Shown: piece by piece, positions 42,569-51,664 of the stretch
Layout of the letters: each line of letters opens with the position of its first letter
How positions within the stretch are numbered: the stretch's first letter is position 1
Source: an uncultured Actinomycetes bacterium
GTDB lineage: Bacteria > Actinomycetota > Acidimicrobiia > IMCC26256 > PALSA-610
Assembly (NCBI GenBank): GCA_963761175.1
Contig: CAVXFZ010000010.1
Span: 21,737-85,736, forward strand
Length of the DNA: 64,000 nt
Direction of reading: 5' to 3'
The notes under the pieces: generated by a model
What the model was told of the DNA's origin: nothing
Seen by the model: the letters and a program-made list of their open reading frames with translations, nothing else
The model's database searches: none
Program-made: the position numbers and the translations under genes

Positions 42569-43483
42569 TCAGGGCGCGACGACGGTGGCGGCGAAGCGCT
42601 CCATCTGGGTGCGCCACTCGGCGCGGGTGGGCGCGTCGAACTGCACGGTCATCCAGGTGACGCCGAGATCGGCGAGCGCGGCGCTCTCGTCGCGCAGCGC
42701 GACCGGGTCGTCGCCGCCCGGCAACCCGAGCGAGCGCGCGAACGAGCCGCAGCAGACGTCGAGTGGATCGGTGCGGCCGACGGCCGTGCAGTGCGCGCGC
42801 ACGAGCCCGATGCGCTTCGCGAGGTCGGCGAGCGTCTCCATCGCGGGCGTCTTCACCGCTCGGCTCGCGGCCTGCGGGTTCGGGAAGGGCAGCCAGCCCT
42901 GCCCGCGCTCGACCGCCCGCTCGATGGCGCGACGGGAGTTGCCCCCGACCCAGATCGGCGGGTGCGGCTGCGCGACCGGGCGCGGGAGCATCGTGTTGCC
43001 GCGCGCGCGGAAGTGGCGGCCGTCCAGCACGACGCCGTCCTCGGTCCAGGCTGCGACCATCGCGTCGATCGCCTCGTCGGTGAGGTCGTTGCGTTCGTCG
43101 AAGTCGACGCCGAGCGCACCGAACTCCGGCCGGAGGTAGCCGGCCGCGACCCCGAGGATGACGCGCCCGCCGGTGAGCACGTCGAGGCTGAGCACCGACT
43201 TCGCGGCGAGGAACGGGTTGCGGTAGGCGACGACGAACACGTGGGTCTGCAATCGCAGCGTCGTCGTCGCGGCACCCGCGACCGCGAGCACCACCATCGG
43301 GTCGAGCGCGTGGTGCCCGCCACCGGCGAGCCAGCGGTCGTCGGGGAACGGGTGGTCGGTCACGTAGCAGGCGTCGAACCCGGCATCCTCCGCGGCGCGC
43401 GCCATCTCCGCGACAGCCGCGCCGGTCACGAACTCGCCGGGCACGTCGACGCGATCCGTCGGCAACCCGACCGAGTACTTCAC
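42569..43483 (-). CDS. Luciferase-like monooxygenase family, probable F420-dependent oxidoreductase
   Basis: The start is GTG 43483. The sequence VKYSVGLPTD...GFDACYVTDHP...LRLQTHVFVVAYRNPFLAAKSVLSLDVLTGGRVILGVAAGYLRPEF...PIWVGGNS follows a typical LLM pattern. Confidence 0.75.
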   Translation of the reverse strand: MKYSVGLPTDRVDVPGEFVTGAAVAEMARAAEDAGFDACYVTDHPFPDDRWLAGGGHHALDPMVVLAVAGAATTTLRLQTHVFVVAYRNPFLAAKSVLSLDVLTGGRVILGVAAGYLRPEFGALGVDFDERNDLTDEAIDAMVAAWTEDGVVLDGRHFRARGNTMLPRPVAQPHPPIWVGGNSRRAIERAVERGQGWLPFPNPQAASRAVKTPAMETLADLAKRIGLVRAHCTAVGRTDPLDVCCGSFARSLGLPGGDDPVALRDESAALADLGVTWMTVQFDAPTRAEWRTQMERFAATVVAP

Positions 43484-43496
43484 GGAGCGCCTCGAC

Positions 43497-45224
43497 TCAG
43501 GCCGATGCGGGCGCCGTACGCGCGCCCCGCAGGAGCCGGCCCGGACGCGCACCCTGGTCTTCGCCGTCGCGCAACGTAACGGAGCCCCGCTTCACGGTTG
43601 CCACATAACCGGTCGACTCCTGCACGAAACGGCGGGCGTCGCCGGGCAGGTCGTGCACCATGTGCGGCGCGCGCAGCTGCAGGTGCTCGAGGTCGATGAG
43701 GTTGCAGTCGCCGAGCATGCCCGGCGCGATCACGCCGCGGTCGCCGAGGCCGTAGAGCGACGCGGTGTCGCTCGTCATCTTGCGCACGACCCACGCGAGC
43801 GGCAGCCGGCCCTCGGCCCGGTCGCGCACCCAGTGCGTGAGCATGTACGTGGGCGTGCTCGCGTCGCACGTCGTGCCGCAGTGCGCGCCACCGTCGCCGA
43901 GCCCGAGCGCGCTCGTGGGGTGCAGCAACATCTCGCGCACCGGGTCGAGGCTGTAGTCGGTGAAGTTGAGGAGTGGGCGCAGCACGAGCGCGCGGCCGTC
44001 GTCTTCGAGGAGCGCGTCGTAGAACACCTCGAGCGGATCGCGTCCCGACCGGCGCGCCTGCTCGGCAAGGCTCGTCGCGCGCGCCGGTTCGTAGTCGGGT
44101 GGTGTCCCGAGCGGGAAGATGCGCTCCGGGTCGAGGAACTGCGCCATCGCGGGATCGGTCTGCTTCGCCTCCGCGAGCAAGGTCGCGCGCAGCTGCGGAT
44201 CGCGGAGCCGCGCGACCCGCTCGGGGATCGAGAGGAACCCGAGCGGCCCGTACGACGGGCAGTACGAGAAGGCGTGGAACGTCTGAAGTCCGAGCAGCAG
44301 GCTCACCGGGCGGCCGGCCACCTGCGGGCGCACCTGCGCGCCCTCGGCCGCGGCCTCGCCGCAGAGCTCGAGCATGCGCCGCCAACCCTGCGGGTCGTGG
44401 TCGTTCTGCGTGAGCGCGAAGGTCACCGGGCGGCCGATCTTCGCGGCGAGGCGCCGCATCCAGTCCATCTCGCGGTCGGGCGCGGCGAGGTCTTCGCCGA
44501 GCGCACCGGCGGGCGCGAGCTCGAACACGCCGGTCCCGAGCTCGCCGAGCACCGCGCCGATCCCGAACAGCTCGTCTTCGGCGGCGAACGTGCCGGGCAC
44601 CGGCTCGCCGTCGATGGCCATGTGCACGATCGTGCGGCTCGTGGAGAACCCGAGCGCGCCGGCCGCGATGCCGTCGCGCACGATGCGCGCCATCGCCTCG
44701 ATGTCGTCGGGCGTCGCGGGTTCGTTGCGCGCGCCGCGCTCCCCCATCACGTACCCGCGCACCGCGCCGTGGGGAACCTGCGTGCCGACGTCGAGCAGCT
44801 TCGGCACCGCGTCGACCGCGTCGAGATATTCGGGAAACGACTCCCAACCCCACTGGATGCCCGCGGACAGTGCGGAGCCGGGGATGTCTTCGACGCCTTC
44901 CATCAACCCGATGAGCCAGTCGTGACGATCGGGCTTCGCGGGCGCGAACCCGACGCCGCAGTTGCCCATCACCACGGTCGTGACCCCGTGCCAGCACGAC
45001 GGCGTGAGCAGCGGGTCCCACGTGATCTGGCCGTCGAAGTGGGTGTGCACGTCGACGAAGCCGGGCGTGACGACGAGCCCGTCGGCGTCGAGCGTCTCGC
45101 GCGCCGCGCCGTCGACCTTCCCGACCTCGGTGATCACCCCGTTGGTGATCGCGACGTCGGCGGTCCGAGGCTCGTGCCCCGTTCCGTCGACCACCAACCC
45201 AGCCTTGACGACGAGATCATGCAT
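43497..45224 (-). CDS. Amidohydrolase family, N-acyl-D-amino-acid deacylase (D-aminoacylase)-like
   Basis: 575 aa with MHDLVVKAGLVVDGTG, GLVVTPGFVDVHTHFDGQ and TTVVMGNCGVGFAP. It lies 13 nt upstream of the LLM gene. Confidence 0.8.
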   Translation of the reverse strand: MHDLVVKAGLVVDGTGHEPRTADVAITNGVITEVGKVDGAARETLDADGLVVTPGFVDVHTHFDGQITWDPLLTPSCWHGVTTVVMGNCGVGFAPAKPDRHDWLIGLMEGVEDIPGSALSAGIQWGWESFPEYLDAVDAVPKLLDVGTQVPHGAVRGYVMGERGARNEPATPDDIEAMARIVRDGIAAGALGFSTSRTIVHMAIDGEPVPGTFAAEDELFGIGAVLGELGTGVFELAPAGALGEDLAAPDREMDWMRRLAAKIGRPVTFALTQNDHDPQGWRRMLELCGEAAAEGAQVRPQVAGRPVSLLLGLQTFHAFSYCPSYGPLGFLSIPERVARLRDPQLRATLLAEAKQTDPAMAQFLDPERIFPLGTPPDYEPARATSLAEQARRSGRDPLEVFYDALLEDDGRALVLRPLLNFTDYSLDPVREMLLHPTSALGLGDGGAHCGTTCDASTPTYMLTHWVRDRAEGRLPLAWVVRKMTSDTASLYGLGDRGVIAPGMLGDCNLIDLEHLQLRAPHMVHDLPGDARRFVQESTGYVATVKRGSVTLRDGEDQGARPGRLLRGARTAPASA

Positions 45225-45231
45225 GGGGCGA

Positions 45232-46374
45232 TTATCTCAGGGTCCTGAAGAAGTCTCGAATGTCGGCGATGAGCAGGTCGGGTTCTTCGAGGGCGGCGAA
45301 GTGGCCGCCGCGGTCGAAGGTGGTCCAACGGGTGACGTTGTAGAGCTGCTCGGCCCACGAGCGGGGCATCGCGAGGATCTCGCGCGGGAACAGCGCACAG
45401 CCCACCGGCACCTCGACCTTGTCGAACGGCGGGAAGCGGCCGCTGCGCTGCGACTCGCAGTAGAGGCGCACCGACGAGTTGATCGTCGCCGTCACCCAGT
45501 AGACGGTGAGGTTGGTGAGGATCTGATCGCGCGTCACGGCGGTCTCGAGGTCGCCGTCGTGGTCGGTCCAGGCGTGGAACTTCTCCACGATCCAACCCGC
45601 GAGCCCCGCGGGTGAGTCGTTGAGCCCGTAGCCGAGCGTCTGCGGGTTCTTGCCCTGGATCTGCTGGTAGGCGGCACCGGTCTCCATGAACTCGCCCATG
45701 CGCGCGAGCGCGGCCTGCTCGGTGTCGCTCAGCTCGACCGCTTCGCTCGGCGGCGCACCCAGCACCATGTTGAGGTGCACGCCCGCGCAGTGCTCCGCGT
45801 CGAGCGTGCCGATCTGGCTCGACACCATCGCGCCCCAGTCGCCGCCCTGCGCGCCGTACCGCTCGTAGCCGAGGCGCGCCATCAACACCTTCCACGCCTC
45901 CGCGATGCGGCGGACGTCCCAGCCGGTCGCGCGCGTCGGGCCCGACCATCCGTAGCCGGGCATCGAGGGGCACACGACGTGGAACGCGTCGGCGGGGTCG
46001 CCGCCGTGCGCGCGCGGATCGCGCAGCGGGTCGACGATGTCGAGGAACTCCGCGACCGATCCGGGCCAACCGTGGGTGATCACGAGCGGGAGCGCGCCAG
46101 GTTCGGGCGAGCGCGCGTGGATGAAGTGAACGGTCTGCCCGTCGATCTCGGTGATGCCGTGCGGCCAGCGGTTGAAGCGCGCTTCCTGCGCGGGCCAGTC
46201 GAACGACGTGCGCCACGTCTCGCAGAGGTCGCGCAGGTACTCGAGGTCGGTGCCGTAGCCCCAACCCGAGCCGGGGATCTGATCCGTCCAGCGAGTGCGC
46301 GCGAGGCGGTCGCGTAGGTCGTCGAGCACGGCCGGCGCGACCTCGACGCGGAAGTCGCTGATTGCTTCGCTCAT
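45232..46374 (-). CDS. Epoxide hydrolase (EHN N-terminal domain + alpha/beta hydrolase)
   Basis: The ORF is trimmed to ATG 46374. The sequence DFRVEVAPAVLDDLRDRLARTRWTDQ...GTDLEYLRDLCETWRTSFDWPAQEARFNRWPH...HFIHARS...LVITHGWPGS is typical of the family. Confidence 0.85.
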   Translation of the reverse strand: MSEAISDFRVEVAPAVLDDLRDRLARTRWTDQIPGSGWGYGTDLEYLRDLCETWRTSFDWPAQEARFNRWPHGITEIDGQTVHFIHARSPEPGALPLVITHGWPGSVAEFLDIVDPLRDPRAHGGDPADAFHVVCPSMPGYGWSGPTRATGWDVRRIAEAWKVLMARLGYERYGAQGGDWGAMVSSQIGTLDAEHCAGVHLNMVLGAPPSEAVELSDTEQAALARMGEFMETGAAYQQIQGKNPQTLGYGLNDSPAGLAGWIVEKFHAWTDHDGDLETAVTRDQILTNLTVYWVTATINSSVRLYCESQRSGRFPPFDKVEVPVGCALFPREILAMPRSWAEQLYNVTRWTTFDRGGHFAALEEPDLLIADIRDFFRTLR

Positions 46375-46487
46375 CGGAAAACCCTTCGGTGCGGCGCCAA
46401 CCGGCGCAGTCTTGCAGGCACTCCGCGGGGCGCGCCTGGCCGGCAACCGTCGCCCGGCCGACCCGGCACTCCGTACACTGCGCCGCC

Positions 46488-47260
46488 GTGGCCATCGATC
46501 CCCTGCGCGCCTTCCGGCTCGACGGCCGCGTCGCGATCGTCACCGGCGCGAGCAGCGGGTTGGGTGACCGCTTCGCGCGAGTACTTGCCGCGGTCGGTGC
46601 GCAGATCGTGGTCGCGGCGCGCGCCGCGCCGAACGGCTCGACGCGCTCGTCGCGGAGCTGCCTGACGCGCACGCGGTGCCCTGCGACCTCACCCGCAGCG
46701 GCGCGCCCGAAGCCCTCGTCGCGGCGACGCTCGCGCACTACGGCCGGCTCGACGTCGTCGTCAACAACGCCGGCGCGAGCGAACCGGTGCCCGCGCTCGA
46801 CACCCACACCGACGACTTCCGCGCGTCACTCGAGCTCAACCTCATCGCGCCCTTCGAGCTGGCGCGCACCGCGGCAGCCGCGATGGTCGACGGTGGCGGC
46901 GGGGTGATCGTGAACGTCGCGTCGATCTGGGGGCTCGTCGGCGTGGGCCAGATCCCCGAGGCGGGGTACGCCTCTGCGAAAGGCGGGCTCGTGAACCTGA
47001 CGCGCGAGCTCGCCGCGCAATGGGCGCGCCGCGGGGTGCGCGTGAACGCGCTCGCGCCCGGATGGTTCCGAACCGAGATGACCGAAGACCGCATGTTCGC
47101 CGACGAGGGCGCGCAGAAGTGGATGCGGAGCCGCACGCCGATGGGGCGCGGCGGCGAACCGTCGGAGCTCGACGGCGCGCTGCTCTTTCTCGCGAGCGAT
47201 GCCAGCAGCTTCGTCACCGGAGCCGTCCTCGCCGTCGACGGTGGCTGGACGAGCATCTAG
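46488..47260 (+). pseudogene. SDR family oxidoreductase split by a frame change after the cofactor-binding motif (or assembly indel)
   Basis: GTG 46488 opens frame 3 as VAIDPLRAFRLDGRVAIVTGASSGLGDRFARVLAAVGAQIVVAAR. Frame 2 then reads RRAERLDALVAELPDAHAVPCDLT...NNAG...YASAKGG...LAVDGGWTSI and ends at 47260. The observed gtcgcggcgcgcgccgcgccgaacgg is consistent with a 2-nt gc insertion. The 773-nt span is not a multiple of 3. Confidence 0.8.
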
Positions 47261-47270
47261 GGAGGAACGC

Positions 47271-47717
47271 ATGTCGGACGACGTCGAACCGGAAGCACAC
47301 CGCGAGTGGGGGAAGCGCGCGAACCAGCGGGTGTGGAGCCTCATCGGCGACGGCCCCCCTGCCGGCGACTCGGCGTGGGAGGCGATCGACGCCGCGCACG
47401 CGTCGCTGTGGCACTGGTCGTACGCGGGTGGCGAGCTCGAGCGCCAGCGCGGCGAGTGGCTGCTCTCGCACGTCTACGCGCTCACCGGTGACGGCACCGC
47501 GGCCGTCCGCCACGCGCAACGCTGCTGGGCCATCACCGAGACCGAGCACCTCGAGGGCTTCGACTACGCCTACGCGTGCGAAGCCCTCGCGCGCGCTCAT
47601 CGCGTCAACGGCGACACCGACGCGGCAGGCGAGTGGCACGCGCGTGCCGCGGAGGCCGGAAGCCGCATCGCCGACGCCGAGGACCGGAGCATCTTCGAGG
47701 CGGATCTCGGGAGCTGA
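47271..47717 (+). CDS. Hypothetical conserved soluble protein
   Basis: GGAGGA lies 4 nt upstream of ATG 47271. The 148-aa product has non-junk composition (AAHASLWHWSYAG...GEWLLSHVYALTGDG...FDYAYACEALARAH). Confidence 0.6.
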   Translation: MSDDVEPEAHREWGKRANQRVWSLIGDGPPAGDSAWEAIDAAHASLWHWSYAGGELERQRGEWLLSHVYALTGDGTAAVRHAQRCWAITETEHLEGFDYAYACEALARAHRVNGDTDAAGEWHARAAEAGSRIADAEDRSIFEADLGS

Positions 47718-47734
47718 CGACGCACGCGGGCGGG

Positions 47735-48976
47735 TCAGGCCGGCGCGACCGCGACGTCGGGTTCGAAGTGCCGCTTGCGCCGGAGCATCGGAGCCTCCAC
47801 CAACCGGTACGACAGCTCCGCGGCGAGCAGCACGAGCACGAGCTGGAAGATCAGCGACAGCGGCGGCGCGAGGTGCACGTGCCGGCGGCTGCAGTACTCG
47901 AAGACGAGCGTGTGGAACAGGTACACCGCGTACGAACGTCGACCCAACCACGCGAGCGGCGGCAACGCGAGCACGCGCGCGAGCGGGGCGCGCGGCGCTG
48001 CGACGAGCCCGGCGATCGCCAGCGAAACGCTGAGCTCGAGCGCGAGGAATCCCCACACGGGCAGCCAGCCCGACTCCACGACCACCGCCTGCCACACGAT
48101 GATCCCGAACGCGAGCAGGCCGAAGCCCGACGCGACACTCAGCCGCGTGCACGCCCGCGCACTCAGCCGCGGCAACAACTGGAACAGGACGATCGCGGTG
48201 ACGCACCCCGCGAGGAGCACGTCGGCACGCGTGTCGGACCCGAAGTACAGGCGGTTCCACACGTTGATCCGGTGGCTGAGCGACTGGGCGGATCCGGTGA
48301 GGGGACGGCCGGTGAGCGTGAGGTAGTAGTCGAGAAAGCTCGCGTGCCCGGCGCGGATGTGCACGTTCCAGTACCACGCGCGCCACGCTGCCGCCCCGAG
48401 CATCCCCGTCGCGGCGACGATCGCGATCGTCGCGAGCCGCAGCCGGCGGCGCAGCATGAACACGAGGATCACCGGCCAGAGCAGGTAGAACTGCTCCTCG
48501 ATCGACAGCGACCACGTGTGCGAGACGACGCCGAGCGCGCCATTGCGGTAGATGTCGAACCAGTTCGCGACGTAGAAGACCATGCCTACGAGCGCGGGAC
48601 CCTGCGGGCGCGCGCCATTGTCGTGCGCGAGCGTGAAGTGCAGCACCAGCGCGATCACGAACAGCACGCCGAATGCCGGAAGCAGTCGCAGCACGCGGCG
48701 CGCGTAGAAACGCCGCATGCTCACGCGGGTACGCGTCGTGTACTCCTGGAGCAGCAGCGTTGTGATGAGGAACCCCGACAGCACGAAGAAGGCGTCGACG
48801 CCGAGGAACCCGCCGTGCATCGGGTTGCCGCGGAACGACGTATCGCCCCATGGGTAGTGGAACAGCACCACGATCGCGATCGCGATGGCGCGCACGCCGT
48901 CGAGGGCGGGCTGGTAGCCGAGACGACCCGACGGGGGCGTCGCGGCCGCGGCGGGAGTGGACGTCGTCGGAGCCAT
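47735..48976 (-). CDS. Acyltransferase family 3 (OafA/YrhL-like) integral membrane protein
   Basis: LDGVRAIAIAIVVLFHY, GGFLGVDAFFVLSGFLIT, RRFYARRVLRLLPA and about 10 hydrophobic helices. The start is ATG 48976 or 49009. Confidence 0.8.
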   Translation of the reverse strand: MAPTTSTPAAAATPPSGRLGYQPALDGVRAIAIAIVVLFHYPWGDTSFRGNPMHGGFLGVDAFFVLSGFLITTLLLQEYTTRTRVSMRRFYARRVLRLLPAFGVLFVIALVLHFTLAHDNGARPQGPALVGMVFYVANWFDIYRNGALGVVSHTWSLSIEEQFYLLWPVILVFMLRRRLRLATIAIVAATGMLGAAAWRAWYWNVHIRAGHASFLDYYLTLTGRPLTGSAQSLSHRINVWNRLYFGSDTRADVLLAGCVTAIVLFQLLPRLSARACTRLSVASGFGLLAFGIIVWQAVVVESGWLPVWGFLALELSVSLAIAGLVAAPRAPLARVLALPPLAWLGRRSYAVYLFHTLVFEYCSRRHVHLAPPLSLIFQLVLVLLAAELSYRLVEAPMLRRKRHFEPDVAVAPA

Positions 48977-49075
48977 CGGCAAGCACCCGGCGGGCCGGGC
49001 GCCCGGCACGGTACCGGACCGCGCTCACGCCGACGCGGCCCCCTCGCGTCGGGCCGCGCGAACCGGCCCGAGCAG

Positions 49076-49081
49076 TAGGGT
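49076..49081 (+). promoter_or_regulatory. Candidate -10 hexamer TAGGGT for the tRNA-Leu gene
   Basis: A TANNNT-type hexamer ends 9 nt upstream of the tRNA 5' end. I saw no convincing -35. Confidence 0.25.
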
Positions 49082-49090
49082 CTCGCCCAC

Positions 49091-49172
49091 GCGAGCGTGG
49101 CGGAACCGGCAGACGCGCCGGGTTTAGGTCCCGGTCCCTTCGGGGGTGAGGGTTCGACTCCCTCCGCTCGCA
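49091..49172 (+). tRNA. tRNA-Leu (anticodon TAG), type II with long variable arm
   Basis: I folded it manually. The acceptor stem GCGAGCG pairs with CGCTCGC and is followed by discriminator A. The D stem is GCG/CGC with GG in the loop. The anticodon stem CCGGG/CCCGG carries the loop TT-TAG-GT. The variable arm is 13 nt. The T stem GAGGG/CCCTC carries the loop TTCGACT. CCA is not fully encoded. Confidence 0.9.
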
Positions 49173-50479
49173 CCGAGGCGCGGACGCGCGTCTTCGAGCT
49201 CGGGTGCGCTCGCGATGTCGACGACGGAGCGCACGGGGCGACCCATCGCCCACAGCACCGCACCGAAGCCGCCGATCCCGGCGACGGCGAGCGTCGGGCG
49301 CAGCCCGATGGTGCTGCCGAGCACGCCACCCGAGAGGAAGCCGAGCGGCAGCGTGCCCCAGATCATGAACCGCAGGCTACGCGTTCATGCGGCCGAGCAA
49401 CCGGTTCGGCGTGATCGCCTGCCGGTAGCTCACCTGGCTGATGTTGAAGACGACGCCGCCGAACGCGGTGAGCACCTCGCCGCCGATGATCCACGGCAGC
49501 GCGTGGTGAGTCGGCGCGAACGCGACGGCGAGTGAGCCCATCTGCGCGACGAGGATCGCGATCCAGAATCGTGCGGCCGAGCCGCAGCTTGCGCCCGAGC
49601 CGCGCCGCGCTCGCCGCGCCCACAAGCACGCCGACGTTCGCGATCAGGAACACGAGCCCGATCAGCCCGGCGCTGTAGTGCAGCCGGCGCACGAGGTACA
49701 CGAGCAGCACCGCCTGCAACATCGCCGAGAAGTAGTTCGACGTCGCGATGCAGCCCGCGATGAGGCGCAGGAACGGATGGCGCAGCACGTAGTGCAGGCC
49801 TTCCATCACCTCGGTGCGCAGCTTCGGCTTCGCGACGCCGTCGAGCTCGTCGACGATTGCCTCGCGGCGGCGGATGCGCGACACCGACCCGGCCGACAGC
49901 ACGAAGCTCACCGCGTCGGCGAACGACCGCGACCGGCGCGCCGACCACCTGCACGAGGATGCCGGCGAGACCCGGCCCCGCGATCATCGCCCCCGACCGG
50001 CTGATCTCGAGCTTCGAGTTGCCGTCGGAGAGCTGGTCGACCTCCACGAGCGACGGCAGGTACGACTGGTACGCGACGTCGAAGAAGACCGTGAGCACGC
50101 CGGCGACGAAGACGACGACGAAGAGCTGGCCGAGCCTCAGCCAGCCGAGCCACCACGCGACGGGGATCGAGATCGAGCGCAACCGCGCGGCCGACGTCGC
50201 CGGCCATGAGCACCGGCCGGCGCGGCGCGGCGGTCGACGACCGCACCCGCGAGCAGCCCGAAGAGGAGGAACGGGGCGGTCTCCGCCGCGTTCGAGCGCG
50301 CCGACCGCGAAGGTGCTCGCGTGCAGCGTCTTGATGGCGAGCAGCGGCAGGGCGAGCAGGCTCACCTGGCTGCCGAGCTGGCTGACGGTCTCGGCGCTCC
50401 AGAGGTGCACGAAGTCCCGGTTCCGCAGCAGGGAGCGCTCGGGCACGCGGGTGGGCCGGGGAAGGTCGGAGCCGCTCAC
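49124..50479 (-). pseudogene. MFS transporter (EntS/MFS_3-like) broken by at least six frame changes; its 3' end runs into the tRNA-Leu gene
   Basis: Conserved-looking pieces are spread over several minus-strand ORFs and frames:
1. MSGSDL...LWSAETVSQLGSQVSLLALPLLAI
2. AETAPFLLFGLLAGAVVDR
3. RRPVLMAGDVGRAVAL
4. SIPVAWWLGWL...FFDVAYQSYLPSLV...GNSKLEISRS
5. ADAVSFVLSAGSV...GLHYVLRHPFLR
6. RFWIAILVAQMGSLAVAF...LLGRMNA
7. TRSLRFMIWGTLPLGFLSGG
Frame junctions are near 50288, 50225, 50172, 49925, 49565 and 49380. Confidence 0.75.
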
Positions 50480-50488
50480 TGATTGAGC

Positions 50489-50508
50489 TTTCCCAATCGA
50501 TTGGGAAA
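50489..50508. promoter_or_regulatory. Perfect 20-bp palindrome TTTCCCAATCGATTGGGAAA in a 55-nt divergent spacer (operator candidate)
   Basis: I checked base by base that 50489-50498 is the reverse complement of 50499-50508. A second inverted repeat, ATGTC-N5-GACAT, follows at 50508-50522. The palindrome lies between the MFS start (GTG 50479, minus) and the ArsR-GNAT start (ATG 50535, plus). Confidence 0.6.
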
Positions 50509-50534
50509 TGTCAATTGGACATTAGGATGGCGCC

Positions 50535-51644
50535 ATGAGCCCGGCCGCCGAACCCGTCGCGGTCCCGAACGAACCCGAGCCCGACACCCCGCCGGCCGCG
50601 CCGAACCGGGCCTCGACGCCGCGGCGGCCGGCGACCCCGGCGGAGGCCCGGGCGCTCGCCCATCCGTTGCGGCTGCGGATCATCCGCCTGCTCTTCGACC
50701 GCAGCCTCACGAACCGCGAGCTGGCCCGCGCCCTCGACGAGCACCCCGCGACCGTGCTGCACCACGTCCGCACCCTCGTCGGCACCGGCTTCATCGCCGC
50801 CGACCCGCCGCGCCGCGGCCCGCGCGGGACGCGCGAGAAGCCGTACCACTCGACGGGCAAGTCGTGGACGGTCAGCCTCGAGGAGGGGTTCGATCTGCCC
50901 GTCAGCCGGGCGGTCCTGCGCGCGTTCCTCGCCGAGCTGCGCGACGCGGAGCCGGACGACGACCTCGACACCAGCCGCCTCGCGCTGAACCTCTCGGCCG
51001 CGTCGCGCCGCGAGCTCGACGACCGGCTGCGGTCCCTGCTCGACGACTTCGCGTCGCGCCCGCCCGACCCCGACGGCGAGCCGTGGGCGCTCTTCCTCGC
51101 GTTGCACCGGCGCGCACCGGTGCCCGGCACGGCCGACGCCGCGGCCGACGCAACGCCCACACCCGCGCCCGGCCCGGCCGCCGACATCGAGATCGCCGAT
51201 GGAGCGGCCGACGACCCGCTCGCGGTGCTGCTCGTGGAAGCCCAGTGGGCGGAGCTCAGCGCGCGCTACGGCGAACCCGATCCGCAGCCCGCGTCACTGC
51301 GCGCGCCGCAGGCGTTCGCACCGCCCGAGGGCGGGTTCGTGTTGCTGCGCGTCGGGAAGGAAGCGGTCGGCTGCGGCGGCTTCTGCCGGTGGGACGACAC
51401 CGGCGCGGAGCTGAAGGCGATCTACATCGCGCCGCTGCACCGCGGTCGCGGCTACGGGCGACGCCTCGTCCGCGCGCTCGAACTGCGCGCTCGCGCCGCC
51501 GGCTACCGCGCCGTGCGCCTCGAGACCGGCGACGCGCAACCCGAGGCGATCTCGCTCTACGAGACGCTCGGCTACCACCGCATCGAGCGGTACGGCCGTT
51601 ACCGCAACTTCCCCCGCAGCCTCTGCTTCGAACGCCGGCTCTGA
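50535..51644 (+). CDS. ArsR-type winged-helix regulator fused to a C-terminal GNAT acetyltransferase domain
   Basis: The N-terminus has LAHPLRLRIIRLLFDRSLTNRELARALDEHPATVLHHVRTLVGTGFI (ArsR HTH). The C-terminus has ELKAIYIAPLHRGRGYGRRLVRALELRARAAGYRAVRLETGDAQPEAISLYETLGY (GNAT motif A). A low-complexity Ala/Pro/Asp linker joins them. Confidence 0.75.
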   Translation: MSPAAEPVAVPNEPEPDTPPAAPNRASTPRRPATPAEARALAHPLRLRIIRLLFDRSLTNRELARALDEHPATVLHHVRTLVGTGFIAADPPRRGPRGTREKPYHSTGKSWTVSLEEGFDLPVSRAVLRAFLAELRDAEPDDDLDTSRLALNLSAASRRELDDRLRSLLDDFASRPPDPDGEPWALFLALHRRAPVPGTADAAADATPTPAPGPAADIEIADGAADDPLAVLLVEAQWAELSARYGEPDPQPASLRAPQAFAPPEGGFVLLRVGKEAVGCGGFCRWDDTGAELKAIYIAPLHRGRGYGRRLVRALELRARAAGYRAVRLETGDAQPEAISLYETLGYHRIERYGRYRNFPRSLCFERRL

Positions 51645-51664
51645 TCGCGTCGCGCCGGCGAGCG

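Noticed and set aside
49010-49200. Possible integrated mobile element at the tRNA-Leu gene
   Set aside because: No integrase, excisionase, phage or transposase gene is present, and I could not see a duplicated tRNA 3' segment in the window. The flanking genes look like ordinary chromosome.
47214-49253. 679-aa minus ORF and the 500-aa plus ORF (47576-49078) over the acyltransferase region
   Set aside because: These are off-frame or antisense shadows of the acyltransferase-3 gene (47735-48976), which alone shows membrane-protein character and family motifs.
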